In this document: positions 28,804 to 41,246 of the stretch, one piece after another
Layout: each line of letters starts with the position of its first letter
How positions within the stretch are numbered: the first letter of the stretch is position 1
Notes under the pieces: generated by a model
What the model saw: the letters and a program-made list of their open reading frames with translations, nothing else
Databases searched by the model: none
What the model was told of the DNA's origin: nothing
Assembly (NCBI GenBank): GCA_039545335.1
Contig: BCIN01000001.1
Location: forward strand, 4,067,347 to 4,131,346
Direction: 5' to 3'
From: Kondoa subrosea
Taxonomy: Eukaryota
DNA length: 64,000 bases
Translations under genes and position numbers: made by a program

Positions 28804-31800
28804 TCACTTCTTCTTCTTCGCTTGCGACTGACCGAATCCCCTGCGAGAAGATCATTCAAGTCAGTAAACCCGCGTTTACCCGAAATTATTGCAAAGTAGC
28901 AACAGAGCTGAGACTGACCTGAAGGTAATCTCATCGGAATCATCAGATTCAGGAGAAGCTCTGTCGTGTTCAATTGAGCCAGAAAACAATCTGAGGCAAA
29001 GAAAAGAACATACACTCGCTTTCGCGTTGCTGGCTTCTTAGCTGGCGCAGCTTTAGCTTTAGTTCCAGCAGAAGTCTTCTTTTGACTCTTAGCCGTACTA
29101 CTTGAAGCGCCTTCTGACTCATCAATTTGCATCGAATCAGCGAGTTCATCTTCTTCTTCTTCCTCTTCTTCGCTTTCCGTAACAACCTTCTTCTTTCCTC
29201 GAGTGGTAGGCTTGGCTTTCGCTTTGGCTTTAGTAGCTTTTGCTTTCGCTGCTGCTGCTTCGGCTCTCTTCTGCGTTTGAGTCTTGTTGAGATCCAAACG
29301 AGGAGTATCACTTTCTTCTGATTCTTCCTCTTCTTGAGCTGCTTCTCTCCGTTGAGTACGTTCGCTGACTGCTTGAATCTATCAGATCAGCCAAATATGT
29401 AGCACAAACCGAAGCTTACCCTCTTCTCGTCTTTCGTTCATTACGATCGGCACTAAAGCAATGGATCTCCTTGCATGAGCAGCTCTTCTAGTTTCTTGTG
29501 GAAGCATAGATTTCTGCAGGTCAGCAACCCAGTTAAGCAATGCTATGCTATTCCGAACGCTTGGCGTACAGGCTTGAACTTCTTGAAATTGGGTAATCCA
29601 GCCCATCGTTCATCTTCTTCCAAATCCGTTCGAGGTTCCATATTGGCCGCTTTCGGTTTGACAGCAAACGTCTTGATGACAAAGAAACTTTTCCCAGTGT
29701 CCGCTGTCCAATCATCATCATCGCTCTCTTCTAAATCTTGCTTGTTTTGGTCAACACCGTTCCATTTGATCTTAGCACTTGAGATCTTGCCGGGTGCATT
29801 GAGGACAGGTTTAGCAATTTTGAGCTGCATAGCAATGAGTCAGTTGAATTCAGACACATATTAATGAACGCACCGAATTGAATTCCTTCGTGAACTGCTG
29901 ATCCTGAGGAGAAACTTTCTTTCGACCATGATCGACTTGCAAATACTTCTTCTTCTCTTCCTCTTGTTGCAAACGTTCATCATCAATAGCAGCAGTAGTC
30001 AATTCCGTTGCTTTTTTCGTTCCTTTGCGACCTCCCTTTTTGACTTCCTTTTCATCTTGAGCAGCAAGCAAAGCTTTCTTCTTCTCTTCGATTGCTTCAT
30101 TAGCTTTCAATCGTTTTCTAGCTTCAGCAGTTTCAGGATCATCTTCAACTTTCCTCTTCTGACTAGCTTTCGACAATTCAGCTTGAGAATTTCCTTCTTC
30201 ATCAGCCACTTCTCCAGGTTGGGAAGCTTGACCACTGTCTAGTCTTTGCCGTTTGTTAGCTTGATTGCCATCTTGAGAGTCAAGGTCCATCCCAGTTGAA
30301 CCACCGAAAAAGAAATCATCATTAGGATCAGCAGCTTGTTGACCTGCTCTTCTCTTCAATCGACTACTAGAAGATCGCATGGAAGGACCGGATTGGGAGT
30401 CCCCATTAACACTTTGAGTCTGTTGTTGTTGACTAGTAGAAGCTGTAGGAGGTGGCGGAGGTGGTAAGAAATCAGAGAACAAATCAGCCATAGGGTCATG
30501 GGATTTATTAGCTGCTGCTCTTCGAACCAAGGGTTTCTTTTTCGTAGGAGGTGCAGCAGGAGGAGGCATTTCCTGATCTTGATTGGGTTGAGGAGTAGCT
30601 TCTTCTCCTGCTGGCGGAGCCATGGAAGCTTCGTTCGGGTTGGTAGATGGGATCTCAGTATGGTGACTTGCTGCAGAAAGACTACCGGAAGGCGTAGGTT
30701 CGACCTCCATTGCGCTAGAAGGCGGTACTAGAAGTTTGTCTGATTATCCATCAGCTTCCCGTTCAGGGTGCGAAGAAGAGAAAGCTCACCTTTGCCTTTA
30801 CCTTTGGACGGCCCGGCAATTGGTGGTACAGCTTGAGTAGCCGTTATCTGAGAAGATGGAGTAGGTGTAGGAGCGGCATCTTTGCCCAATCCATACTTGA
30901 CTGCATCTAATCGAGCTTCATAAATGATCTTGAAGAGCTCACCAATTTGAAGTGTTCCAGCAAATTGCATTCTGTGGATGTATGTTGGAGCAAACTCTCA
31001 AGTAGTAGTGTGATCAGACTTACTGCTTCGAGACTTCTCTGACTACTGGCCAAATTTCCGCCCTCTCATCTTCCCCGCTTTTGACTTGGAGCACAAAGAT
31101 CTTGTCCAGGGTTGCACCTAAACCATCATGATCGATACATTCCTGAACTTTCTTCTGCAAACTTTGAGAACTGGGTATAGGACTGTCTTCATCGATTGCT
31201 AAATTGTGACAACGACCACCTCCAGTTTCGATAATTATTTGCCATTGGAGAGCCTACTCTAGAAATATCAACAAGAGATCACTTCTAGGCCAAAAGATGA
31301 AGACTCACTCTACTTTCATTATCCTCATCGAAGAGAAAGAAGACGCTGTTGTTGAATAAGATCTGTCTGTTTTCATCTGGTGCCCATTTACTAGCAAGTG
31401 GGGCAAGCTGCTTCTCTTCAGCAGACTTCCATTTCGGGAAACAAGTTTTCTCATTCGGCCAAGCAGCAGTGAAATCTTTCTCCAATTCCGAGAAACCCCA
31501 AAAGTTTTCATCAAAACCTCCATCATCTTTGTTGCGCAGTTGTTCGATTTTATGAGGAGCAGGAAATTCTTGAGTTTCGGTTTGAGCAAGTAAAAGATCA
31601 ACCCATTCTATGGAAACAAACAATCCACCACGCATGGCTGCCAAGATCGCTAATGGATTCAGCCTGAGAGCGACTGGACAGTAGTGAGTCCATCCATGGA
31701 AGAAGACATGTTCGCCAGTTCGGATACCTTTTCTCTGCCGTCTGAGTACAGTGTGCGAATGAAGGAAAGCAAGAAGAACCTACCGAGAGCAGCCAGTTGA

Positions 31801-32411
31801 GAATGTTTCTCTTTCCTTTCCTGATCCTTAACTTGATCAAATGATACAACTACTGGTTTCCATTGGAAAGAAACGATCCGTTGACCCGTCGAATTGTAAG
31901 AAAAGCGCAACTCATCACCGTGCTTCACGACGTAGGAATCACCCGAATCGACCTCAGTGTGATGAGCTTGTGGAGCAGGAGGAGGAGCATTCTCTGCTGG
32001 TGCCATCGCTTCATCTTCTTCCTCACGAGGCTGTTCAGATTGCGGTCTGAAGATCTTCATAGGTTTCTTGCTTCGATTGATAATAGAAACAGAATAAGTA
32101 GGATCAGAAACAGCATGCTCCAAGTTGTTGCTCGTGTTAGAAACAGTCATGGCGGCTTTGCTGACTCCAGAAGCAGTAAGATCCATTTGCTGTTTCGACA
32201 CCGTTTGAGGACCATTCCATGCAATGTCTGTTAACTTCGCGTTAGGATCTTTGCCTCTACCAACTGTGTAAGTTCTGTTTGGCCTGATCCAGCGTGAAGC
32301 ATCTTTATGTCATGCATCAGAAAGGTGATCCATGCTTGAGGCAGACGAAAGAGAGAGAGACGAACCTGAATCGGCTGGATCCATAGCTATATTACCAGTG
32401 AGGATCCACAT
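28804..32411 (-). CDS. NBS1: Nibrin/Nbs1/Xrs2 (FHA-BRCT-BRCT, MRN complex)
   Basis: Start MWIL, FHA (RTYTVGR), BRCT (AAMRGGLFVSIEWV), Mre11-binding PNFKKFK, and terminal acidic-aromatic DDSDEITFRGF resembling the Tel1/ATM-binding tail. Confidence 0.8.
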
Positions 32412-32508
32412 AGCAGCTGAGGACTACAGCCTTGTTCAGGCAAAGGTTGCGTTTCTGGTCAACAATCGCGCGCTGCTCATTTCGAAATAGTCACTCGGTT
32501 GTCGGCGC

Positions 32509-33745
32509 ATGGAGCAGGGCACAGCAGGGTCTTTGAGGTTGGCTTGCGATGCTACGGGTGAGTCATGATCCGCCTGCCTTATCTGATCACAAGCTGAAAT
32601 CATCGACGTGTCCTTCAAGGCATCTATGCTACTTTCTTGCTTTGGGCTCTGATACAAGAGAGATGTGCGTCTTCGCTTGCTCTCCTACTCTCTATCGCTA
32701 ATATTAATATATAGTGGGGACGACACCTTACCTGGATCCATCTTCTCCAACTTCCGCACCTCGTTACTTTCGCTCAGCTGTCTTTCTCAATACTGTACAA
32801 TCAGCAATATCGTGCTTCAGTGCATTGGGCTACTTACTATGGCGCCGAAGAAAGAATCAGACTTTCAATCAAATGCTAGGTCTGGAAGTGCCGCGAGCCA
32901 ATGGACATCAGATAGACAAGGCAAGACCTTCCAAAGCAAGAGCGCTCCTTACAAGAACGTTTCAATGTTCTCTTCTACATTCCTTAGGCTCACCCATAGC
33001 TTTCGCTTCTTTGAGACATATCGATTACCCAACTATGATTCTAGGCAAATCCTGCAAACTCATACCAGTCATGATCATGAACGTTTTCATCTACCGAAGA
33101 CGTTTCGCTCTGCACAAATATCTAGTCGTTTCAATGGTCACCATAGGCATAGCCATCTTTACCCTCAACCAACCAATCTCAACACAAAAGAAAGGACCTA
33201 CAAACTCATCATTCTTCGGCCTCAGTCTACTTCTACTCAGTCTAATCATCGACGGGTTAACCAATTCTTCTCAAGACGAAATCTTTTCCAAATTCTCAGT
33301 TACCGGTTCTCAAATGATGCTCTACATGAACTTCTTCTCCACCTTTATCACCTTCTTTTCTCTCACAATCCCATATCCTTCTATCCCTCTACTCGGTATA
33401 GCTAGATCAACATCAGAATTATCAACAGCTCTATCATTCATTTCCTCCCATCCGAAAGTACTCAACGATATTCTTTTATACGGTCTTTGTGGAGCATTAG
33501 GACAACTTTTCATCTTTGATACGTTGGAACACTTTGGTTCACTTACTTTGGTCACATTAACGGTATCAAGGAAATTGTTCACCATGTTGTTGAGTGTGAT
33601 TGTGTATAATCATAGACTCACTTTCGGGCAATGGGTCGGTGTGGGTATGGTGTTCGTTGCAATCGGGGTAGAGGCGAGTTATAAAGGCAAAGGAGCGAAG
33701 ACGAAGATTTCGACAGAGGAGAAGATGAAAGTGAAGGATTTATAG
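32509..33745 (+). CDS. HUT1: UDP-galactose/ER nucleotide transporter (SLC35B1 family)
   Basis: Spliced N-terminus GIYATFLLWALIQER, then FLNTVQS, SLRHIDYPTMILGKSCKLIPVM, DGLTNSSQD, GALGQLFIF and TVSRKLFTMLLSV. Ends with a KxKxx-like ER signal (KVKDL*). Confidence 0.93.
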
Positions 33746-33949
33746 AGCAGGAATAGAACACTTGAGCCGGGCTGTAAGGAAGGAGGGAATCTTCGCTTGA
33801 AGGTAGAGGACAGACGCAGATGGAGAAGATCGAGGTCTAGATCTAATGTACTCTGCATAGTCCTGCTAGGCATTCTATAATACATCTGCATCGACACGCA
33901 ATTATCTATCACTAATAATACAGCTTGTCCTATATATGAGACGGCATTT

Positions 33950-35674
33950 CTACAGGCGGTAAACGGAAATGTGCGAATCTCCCCCTAGAAAAGGAAGATT
34001 ATGAGCTTGAATTGTCAAGAGGTTTCTCAAACGAACCACAAAGTTGACCAGCAGCGCCATCACAAGAAAGATAGCACAGGTTTTCGCTTGCAGAAGCACC
34101 ATTATTCGTGTTGCCGCAGAAGCATTGCTGGAAGAATGAGATCATCAGATATGGCTCAGACCTAAGAGCGAGCATCGACTAACCCAGTAGTACTCTAGCC
34201 CAGCATAAGCGAATCCTTTTGATCGACAGAAGTTTTGGCATGTCGCAATATTCATCGAGCCCTACTCAAAAAGTTGAGCTTCCCAATTCGCATGAATAAA
34301 GGCTAGACGTACCCTCGACTCGAGGAAGTCTACTTCTGCAGTCCCTGTACCTAGCGTTTTCTGATTTTGCGGGAGCTGATCAGAAAAACAGCCTTGATAA
34401 GTAGCCAGGAAGTTCTGGTTATTGGCGCAGACGCCTTGATATGTACATGTAGAGCCTATATTTGAATGATCAGCCGATAAGAGTCACAACTCATACTTGT
34501 GGCCCACCATCACTGCATGTAGTTCCTTTCAGATCTTGTCCACCTCCGCAGCTTGTGCTCGAAGCAGCTTGGCACTTCCCACTTGTACACACATTTCCAC
34601 TTGAGCATTGAGCATTGATTTGACAGGCCGCACTACAGACTTGACTACTTGAGCAGAATGGAGTTGAGCCGGAACATTGTGCCGAAGAAGAACATTTCGA
34701 GTCTGCTGATGCTGCATTAGACGTCGGAGTAGATGTAGGAATAATAGCGGTCATGGTGGCTGTATTCAGTACTGTTAAGACTTGCTGTATGTCTGAGGTA
34801 GAGGCGAAAGAAGAAGAGCCAAGAACAGGTAGAGACGCAGATGGATTGGGATTGGTAATGGTTGCACTTGACATCGAATGCATGTCAGGGCTTGTAGCTA
34901 CTCCTGCAGCAGGAGTGGAGCTGAGATCAGGAGGAAGAGTACCAAAAGGTTGACTTCGACTTGGTGAAAGTGCAGGTTGAGCTAGCGAATTGGCGCCTTG
35001 ATCAGCTGGCGACAAGTCCGACGTCTGGAGATCGTCTGTTTTTGGCTTATTGCTATCGTCGCGCCTCTTGAGTACAATCACAACCGAAATGATCATGCCA
35101 ATCGTAATGCAGGCAATGATGAAGGTGAGCCAGATCATCCACTTCTTGCGACGAGGGTGGGATTCGTGTATATCTTGATTTGACCGGTCACCAAGAGATG
35201 CTCGAAAGACGTCCAGAAAGCTTGCGTCTTTGTATGAGATAGGTGAAGCAGGTATTTCATCCTTGAAGAGAGGAGAATTGACATTCCTTGTCGGTAAACT
35301 GACATGATAGGCTGGATATTTGGTAGCCTTAGATTGTTCGTAGGCTACGAAAGGGTCTATAGCGTCGGGCCTGATATTACAGTCAGCTTTTCGCCTTTCC
35401 ATAGCTCTACATCTTATACTGACATGTTTTCAAGCGCTTCTCGCCAGTTTGGTCCACTCCTTGCTGTACAGAGAGTCAAATAAGTGTTCGTAAGCTGATT
35501 AGGAAACGCACCTGATGATGCAGATTTCGATGTTTTGGCTGACGGAGCAGCACTTTTGCGCTTATCCTCTTCGGCATCATACGTTTGCAAGCTATCCGTC
35601 CCATATCTCGACCAGTGTAGAGCATAGCCATCGTTCGAATCTTGTCCGTGTTCAGATACATATTGCGAACTCAT
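33950..35674 (-). CDS. Type II single-pass membrane protein with Ser/Thr stalk, Cys-rich repeats and C-terminal WSC domain
   Basis: TM WMIWLTFIIACITIGMIISVVIVL. WSC motifs YQGCFSD, MNIATCQNFC..KGFAYAGLEY..QCFCG and C..SCDG...LCGGDSHISVY. Confidence 0.8.
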
Positions 35675-36074
35675 TTGCCAAATAAACTTGTATCAATTGA
35701 TGGTCCGAGAGATGAACAGCAAGCAGCATAACAGCTGACTACGGGGATGCGGCTGCCCATGCTAAGGTAGAAACTTCGAAGCGTTCATATGATTTGAACA
35801 TTCTGGACAGAATGTGTGGGAAATTGAAGACACAGAGGTGTATGAGCCTTTGAATTCCGGGAAGCATCGAAGTAGAAAGACTGTGACGCTTTGCTCGTAT
35901 AGAAGAAGGCAGAGCAGACTTGAATAGGGACAGATTGACATTTGATTGAAATTTCGAAGTTCTGCAGTGACAGCAGCAGAGAGGAGCTGACCTGATGTAG
36001 ACGATGATGTATATCCCAACCTGAAAGTCAGGACACAAGACAGCGCAACAGTATTGTAATGTTACTCGTTGCTT

Positions 36075-37498
36075 TTATCCAACTTCCTCGAGCTCCTTGT
36101 ACACTGCCGAACACCGAATTCAATCAACCGGTTTCCTTACACCACAGTGAAACAAGCTTGAGCTCCTTTACATCCACTTGCACATCCAATCGCCGTAGCA
36201 GAACCAAGCAACTGAACCCCGAATCAGCTTTGTTCCATCGCTGGCGGTATACAGAGAACGTACCACATCTCTTGCTCCCTTATATCCACGTCCTCTTCCT
36301 CTATCTTTATCGGATCCTCCTCCATCATCCATCCACCCGACCAGAGCTTCATTAACAGAAGTGTCGAGCGAAGTCGTGTCTTCCGTCTTGAAAGGAATAC
36401 TATTGTAGTCGAAAGCACGACAGCTTGTATCGCAACAGGTATCTGCCATCTTCTGCGCGTAGCCCTGTATGACAGTAGACCAGGCAATTCCCGATAAACC
36501 GGCACTGCTTCTTGCTGCGTTGATGGATTGAAAGGCAGCAGCCCAGTCATTGCTTGGTTGCCCGATGGCGAGAGACGATTGAGCTGATGTAGTAGAAAGA
36601 GAAGAGGAGGAGGAGGAAGAAGAAGAGGAGCTTCTTGTCACTTCAGGCGGTACAGCAAGGGATGAAATCGTGCTTGATGTGAAAGCGGATGCTACAGAAG
36701 CTGTCATTACGGAAGACAGTGAGTCGCTTGTTGTTTCAGGCACAAAAGAGATGGAAGCGGAACCAGCGGTAGGTTGCAAGAGGCTGTTTGAAAGTGCTTG
36801 AGGAGAAGATGCGCCAACGGAGCTCGGTACAGCCGATGTTTGCTGCTGATTGTCTTGGTCTTTCACTCCTGATGTACCTTCTCCGTTTTTCCTCTTCACT
36901 AGTATTATAACAACCGCAATCATCGAAACGGTAATCAAAATAGAAAGAAGCGTGAGTCTTATTATCCATTTCCGCCCAACTCGCTTGTTAGACTCTTGAG
37001 GTAATTCATATTGATCTCGAGAGGAGGATATTGCGAGAGAGCTGGATTCTTTATTATCAGAAGGCGCTATCGGTGAATAGTATTCATCTTGACTGTATGT
37101 AGAGGATTTCCCGGGCACGGAAACGTTGTATTGATGATATTTGGTACCTCTTGCTTCAGCATGGGCTATGAAAGGATCGGGGACATCTGGCCTATATAAA
37201 ACTGTTAGCGGGAGACTCGCATATAAGGTGTTGCGCCTACATCTTGACCAACGCTTCTCTCCAGTCCAAGCGCATAGTTGATTTGCCTGTAGCCCATATA
37301 TATTAAATCACGCCTATGCCTTTTGCAAAGGCACTTACTGGATGAACCAGTTTTAAATGTTTTGGCGGACGGTACAGCAGAAGGTGTAAGACTGGCACGC
37401 TTGGAGGAAGATACGAAAGTGTCCAAACCAAAGCGAGACCAGTGCCGCTGATAGTCATCTGAAGAGCGAAGACTGCCTGTGCCTTGATGAGACGACAT
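36075..37498 (-). CDS. Type II single-pass membrane protein with Ser/Thr stalk and divergent C-terminal CAP/SCP (PR-1-like) domain
   Basis: TM WIIRLTLLSILITVSMIAVVIILV. CAP-like INAARSSAGLSGIAWSTVIQGYAQKMADTC, EALVGW and ATAIGCA. Confidence 0.7.
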
Positions 37499-37776
37499 TT
37501 CGCCTGAATTGCGTTTACTAGTGGTCGAATGAGACAGGATGCGACAGATAAGTCAGAGTGGGGTTGCCTTGGCGAATTAGAACGTTCATGTCTCATTTCG
37601 CGACATATGAATAGATCTTTGGAAGAGTCGTGAAGGTCTACACTAGGTTCACGTGTGTACTGGTCTTGAGGCAAATGATCTTCTCCTTTGGACCGCGAAA
37701 GCTAAGCGTACAGCAGAGAAGCTGAGAGCGTTGCGATAATTCATAGAACGTGTTTCAAGATGAAGAGCAGACGACT

Positions 37777-38606
37777 TCAATAGGCTATTGTTTGATACGC
37801 TGGCCAGATGAGCTCAGCCTGATATTGATGTCAGCTGCTCTGTACTATATTCAGTGTTGTAAGCTTACCTCTAAAGCAGTTCTAGCCATATCAAGCACGA
37901 ACTTCTCGATTTTGCCAACATTTCTCAACACATGTTTATCGGCTTGCCCAACTTCGCTCTCCATGACCAAGTCACTCAAGATCCGATCACATATCCTTCC
38001 ATACTCGCTTGCATTTCCTACTTCTTCCGCGTTCTCCTCTGAATTGTTGGCCTCTTGAAGGGACAAGTGAATCTTCTTCTTATCACCTTCATAAGCTATG
38101 ATCACAATGCCATCGAAAGCGAGACCCGTTATGGCAAGAGACAAAGGTAAAGAAATGAAAGCAGATCCTGGATAATCCACTACGAGGGAAGTTTTGAGAG
38201 CGATTCTCAGATTTCCAGAGTAAGTTACTCGAACATGCAATTGTACAGAAGGAGGTGTCGTCACTTCATCCTTCGCATTGTCGCCAGGTGCAACAGAAAT
38301 GCCAGCAGACGATGCAGCATAAGCTGATTCTTCGCCGCGTTCCAAGAAATGTTGAGCCATGTAGCGCTGTTCATGTAAGATCTCATCATACTCTTCCCGC
38401 TGATCGTCTTGCACGAAATCTTCATAGACATCGCGTATTTCAGTCAACTCGATATGTGGATCATTGTCACCGAAGGAAACGCTCGAGACTTGAATGGGAC
38501 CAATGTAAGGTGGTAGCTCAGTCGAAGAGAAGGCTTTGTTCAAGAAGCGGACTACTCGCTCTCCCAATTGAGCATCAAGCAGAGTCCAATTCAAGTCGAG
38601 TGACAT
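37777..38606 (-). CDS. MDM12: ERMES SMP-domain subunit Mdm12
   Basis: MSLDLNW..LD, LPPYIGPIQV..FG..PHIEL..IRD, FISLPLSL.ITG and ESEVGQADKHVLRNVGKIEKFV. Last exon ELIWPAY. Confidence 0.93.
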
Positions 38607-38867
38607 CCAGTTTCTTTTCTTGTGACAATGCCTTGCTATTTTGCAGAGCTGTCTTCAATGACCTAGCAGCAGTCTTCTGTGATGTAATGCACTGTTCTTG
38701 AAGCTCAATAAGGCATAATAGTTATAAGTCAAGCCTTCTTTTTCCATTTCATGCAAATTAGGGAATGGCAAGATCGAGCATGTTATATCTCTGAGAGCTC
38801 TGTTTTCTTCTCTCCTCCCTCATTGAATCTCTGCCTTTCATTTTCTTCTCTCTTTCAGCGTCCAAAG

Positions 38868-39347
38868 ATGCATCGTTATCAAATTCTGTTACTCACTCCT
38901 TTAGTTCTTCTCGGTGCTGTCAATGCTTCTCAGCTTGAAGTATTCAGTCGCGATCATCGTCTTCTAAGGAGGAAGATAGCGCGAGGCTCGTGGAATTCCA
39001 AAATGGGTTGCACGGTGAGCCGAACATTGCGCGAAGATATTTCGAATTTGGGCTTATTGCTTTTGCGCAGAAAATGTACACTGTCCGACCAGGACAGACA
39101 TGTGATACGTTATGCAATCTATACAAAATCAGCTTCGATCAATTCAGGGTGTGGAATACCGCTATCGATGACCAATGTTCGAACCTTTATGCCGGTCAAG
39201 CATATTGCACAAGAGCTAGAGGCGCAAGACCTGCTTCATCTCCTCAACCTACAGTCACCTCATCTACTCCTCAGGTAGCATCATCATCCACTTTCATCCC
39301 AACCTCTTCCTCTTCTAGCACTTCCCAACCTACAAGCGAAACTTCAA

Positions 39348-39378
<31 letters not shown>

Positions 39379-40185
39379 CTCGTCCACTTCAACACCTCAA
39401 GCTACTCCAACATCACAGCCCCAAACAGGATTGGAATCCGTTTCGCTCGATGCATTGGGTGTAACTGGATTCAGAGGATCAAACGAAGGAATTGGAAGCT
39501 GGTTCCGCACAAACAATCCAAATGATGATACAAACGGCCGTAGTTGGTGTCAAGTGGGTTCATTCGTCTTTTTTGCAGATACACAATGCTGAGTGAACAA
39601 ATAGTTGTCATACAAAGAGTTGGTTTCATTCTTTGACATTTTAGCTTTACGCTCATGATGTACTGTTTAGTGATTGGATGGGTTTCGCTCCGGACGTCAG
39701 TGTCATGCTAGCCAATTACAATTGGGATTTACCAACAGCTGCCACTGCTTATTGCGTGAGTTCTTACACTTTTTTTACTCACGGTTGATCGGGTTTTTTG
39801 ACTTTCCTATATATGATATTAGGGATTGGAAGTGATCGCTACAAACCCGGATAACGGCAACACTGCAAAACTTTACATTGTAGATGGATTTGATCCAGCA
39901 TGGGTGAGTTTTTGTCTCTCTCAACGTAATACCAAGCCAAAAAGTCTAATCAATGTACCGTTTAAGGTCCGTACACCTGGATCTATTGACTTGACTTTGG
40001 CAGCCTTTGAAGCTTTGTACGGCTCAACAACGACTAACAAAGTATGTGTCTTAGAAGTCCGTTTTCATGATTACTTGATCTGACGCTTTTGAACGTAGGA
40101 TATTGTTGTGAAGAACCTGCAATGGTCATTCACTGGCCAAAGAAAGATAGATTACGAATACAATCACGATGGCAGAGGTTACTGA
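38868..40185 (+). CDS. Secreted LysM + Ser/Thr linker + RlpA-like double-psi beta-barrel (expansin/loosenin-like) protein
   Basis: Signal peptide MHRYQILLLTPLVLLGAVNA, fungal LysM (CTKMYTVRPGQTC..FRVWNTAIDDQCSNLYAGQAYC) and DPBB (IGSWF..SWC; YCGLEVIATNP..AKLYIVDG..SIDLT.AAFEAL). Confidence 0.82.
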
Positions 40186-40391
40186 TTCAGTTTATGACAA
40201 GGGGGCAATGAATTTGAGCTGGTCTCAAATCATAATGAGTCGTTTTTGCAATTGAGATACATTCAAAAAAACGTTGATACTAGTGTGCTGAGACTGGGTT
40301 CTGGGTCTACGTCAAGCGAAATACCGAGTCGGCGACGCATGCATGTTGGCAGATTGATGTTACAAGCTATTATACAGGCGCATTCTTCGTT

Positions 40392-40958
40392 CTAAGCCTC
40401 AACAACATTCTGTTTTGATGCCTCAGCAATGCGTTGAAGTGTATACGACCAGACCTTACCTTCTCAACGAATGCCTTGATAAGAGCATGAATTTCAGCCC
40501 TAACATTCGGCGGAACGCTCTCTGAATATCACAAGACTATAAGATGAACGAATTCAAGCTCGATGCAGCGACTCACGTTGCGCATGGGGACTGATATCAG
40601 CTAGCAAACCCTTGAGCGTTAGGTTAGGCGATTCCCTAGCTTTGTCTGCATTGCGCTTGAGCACTAGGAAAGCATTGAGGATATGCAGCCATACCTTGCG
40701 CAAAAGCTAAACACGACAAGCGTGATCAGAGTATGACATTGAAGATAGTGAAAGGATTCACCTCTGAGCGAATCATCCCATCCAGACTCACGTAGCCGCG
40801 TTTGCAAGAGACGCTGCAGACTAGGAACATGGATCAAGTTGCATTCTTTGCGATGCGCAGGAAGGAGAAGCCTACGCAGGCCATTGACCAGAAGATACAA
40901 GTAAGTCCAGCGCTTGTTTATTCAGTGCAGGATCGCGAGTCTGTGCTGTTCCATTCAT
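40392..40958 (-). CDS. SUS1: SAGA/TREX-2 subunit Sus1 (ENY2)
   Basis: LVSSGQW, LQTRLRESGWDDSLR, ADISPHA and SVPPNVRAEIHALIKAFVE across small exons. Confidence 0.85.
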
Positions 40959-41246
40959 GACTCGATGTATGCTATCGAAGCATGAGGTGGTCTGCTTGTG
41001 TTTATCAGATAGTTGTGATGAAAGGTGCAAGGCCAAGAAAATGAAATAGTAAAAATACAAGTGAAAGTGCAATTTGTCCCGTTCCGTGTATAGGTATGCT
41101 ACTGACATGCGGCATCCCTTTACTGTACATCTTTCCCCACAATACAAAATACTGAAATAACGACTTGAAGAGCTTGAAATGAAGCGCAACTTAGAAGGAA
41201 GATAGACAAGCAGGAAGACTTCTAAAATGCGAAATACGATTGCTGC

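Noticed and set aside
32665..33405. Long alternative-frame and antisense ORFs (e.g. 32665-33405, 8945-9460, 63147-63656)
   Set aside because: They overlap well-supported genes in other frames and have no recognisable motifs, so they are shadow ORFs.
39345..39385. (TCT/TCC)n microsatellite, also at 36600-36630
   Set aside because: These encode poly-Ser linkers inside CDSs and are not independent repeats.
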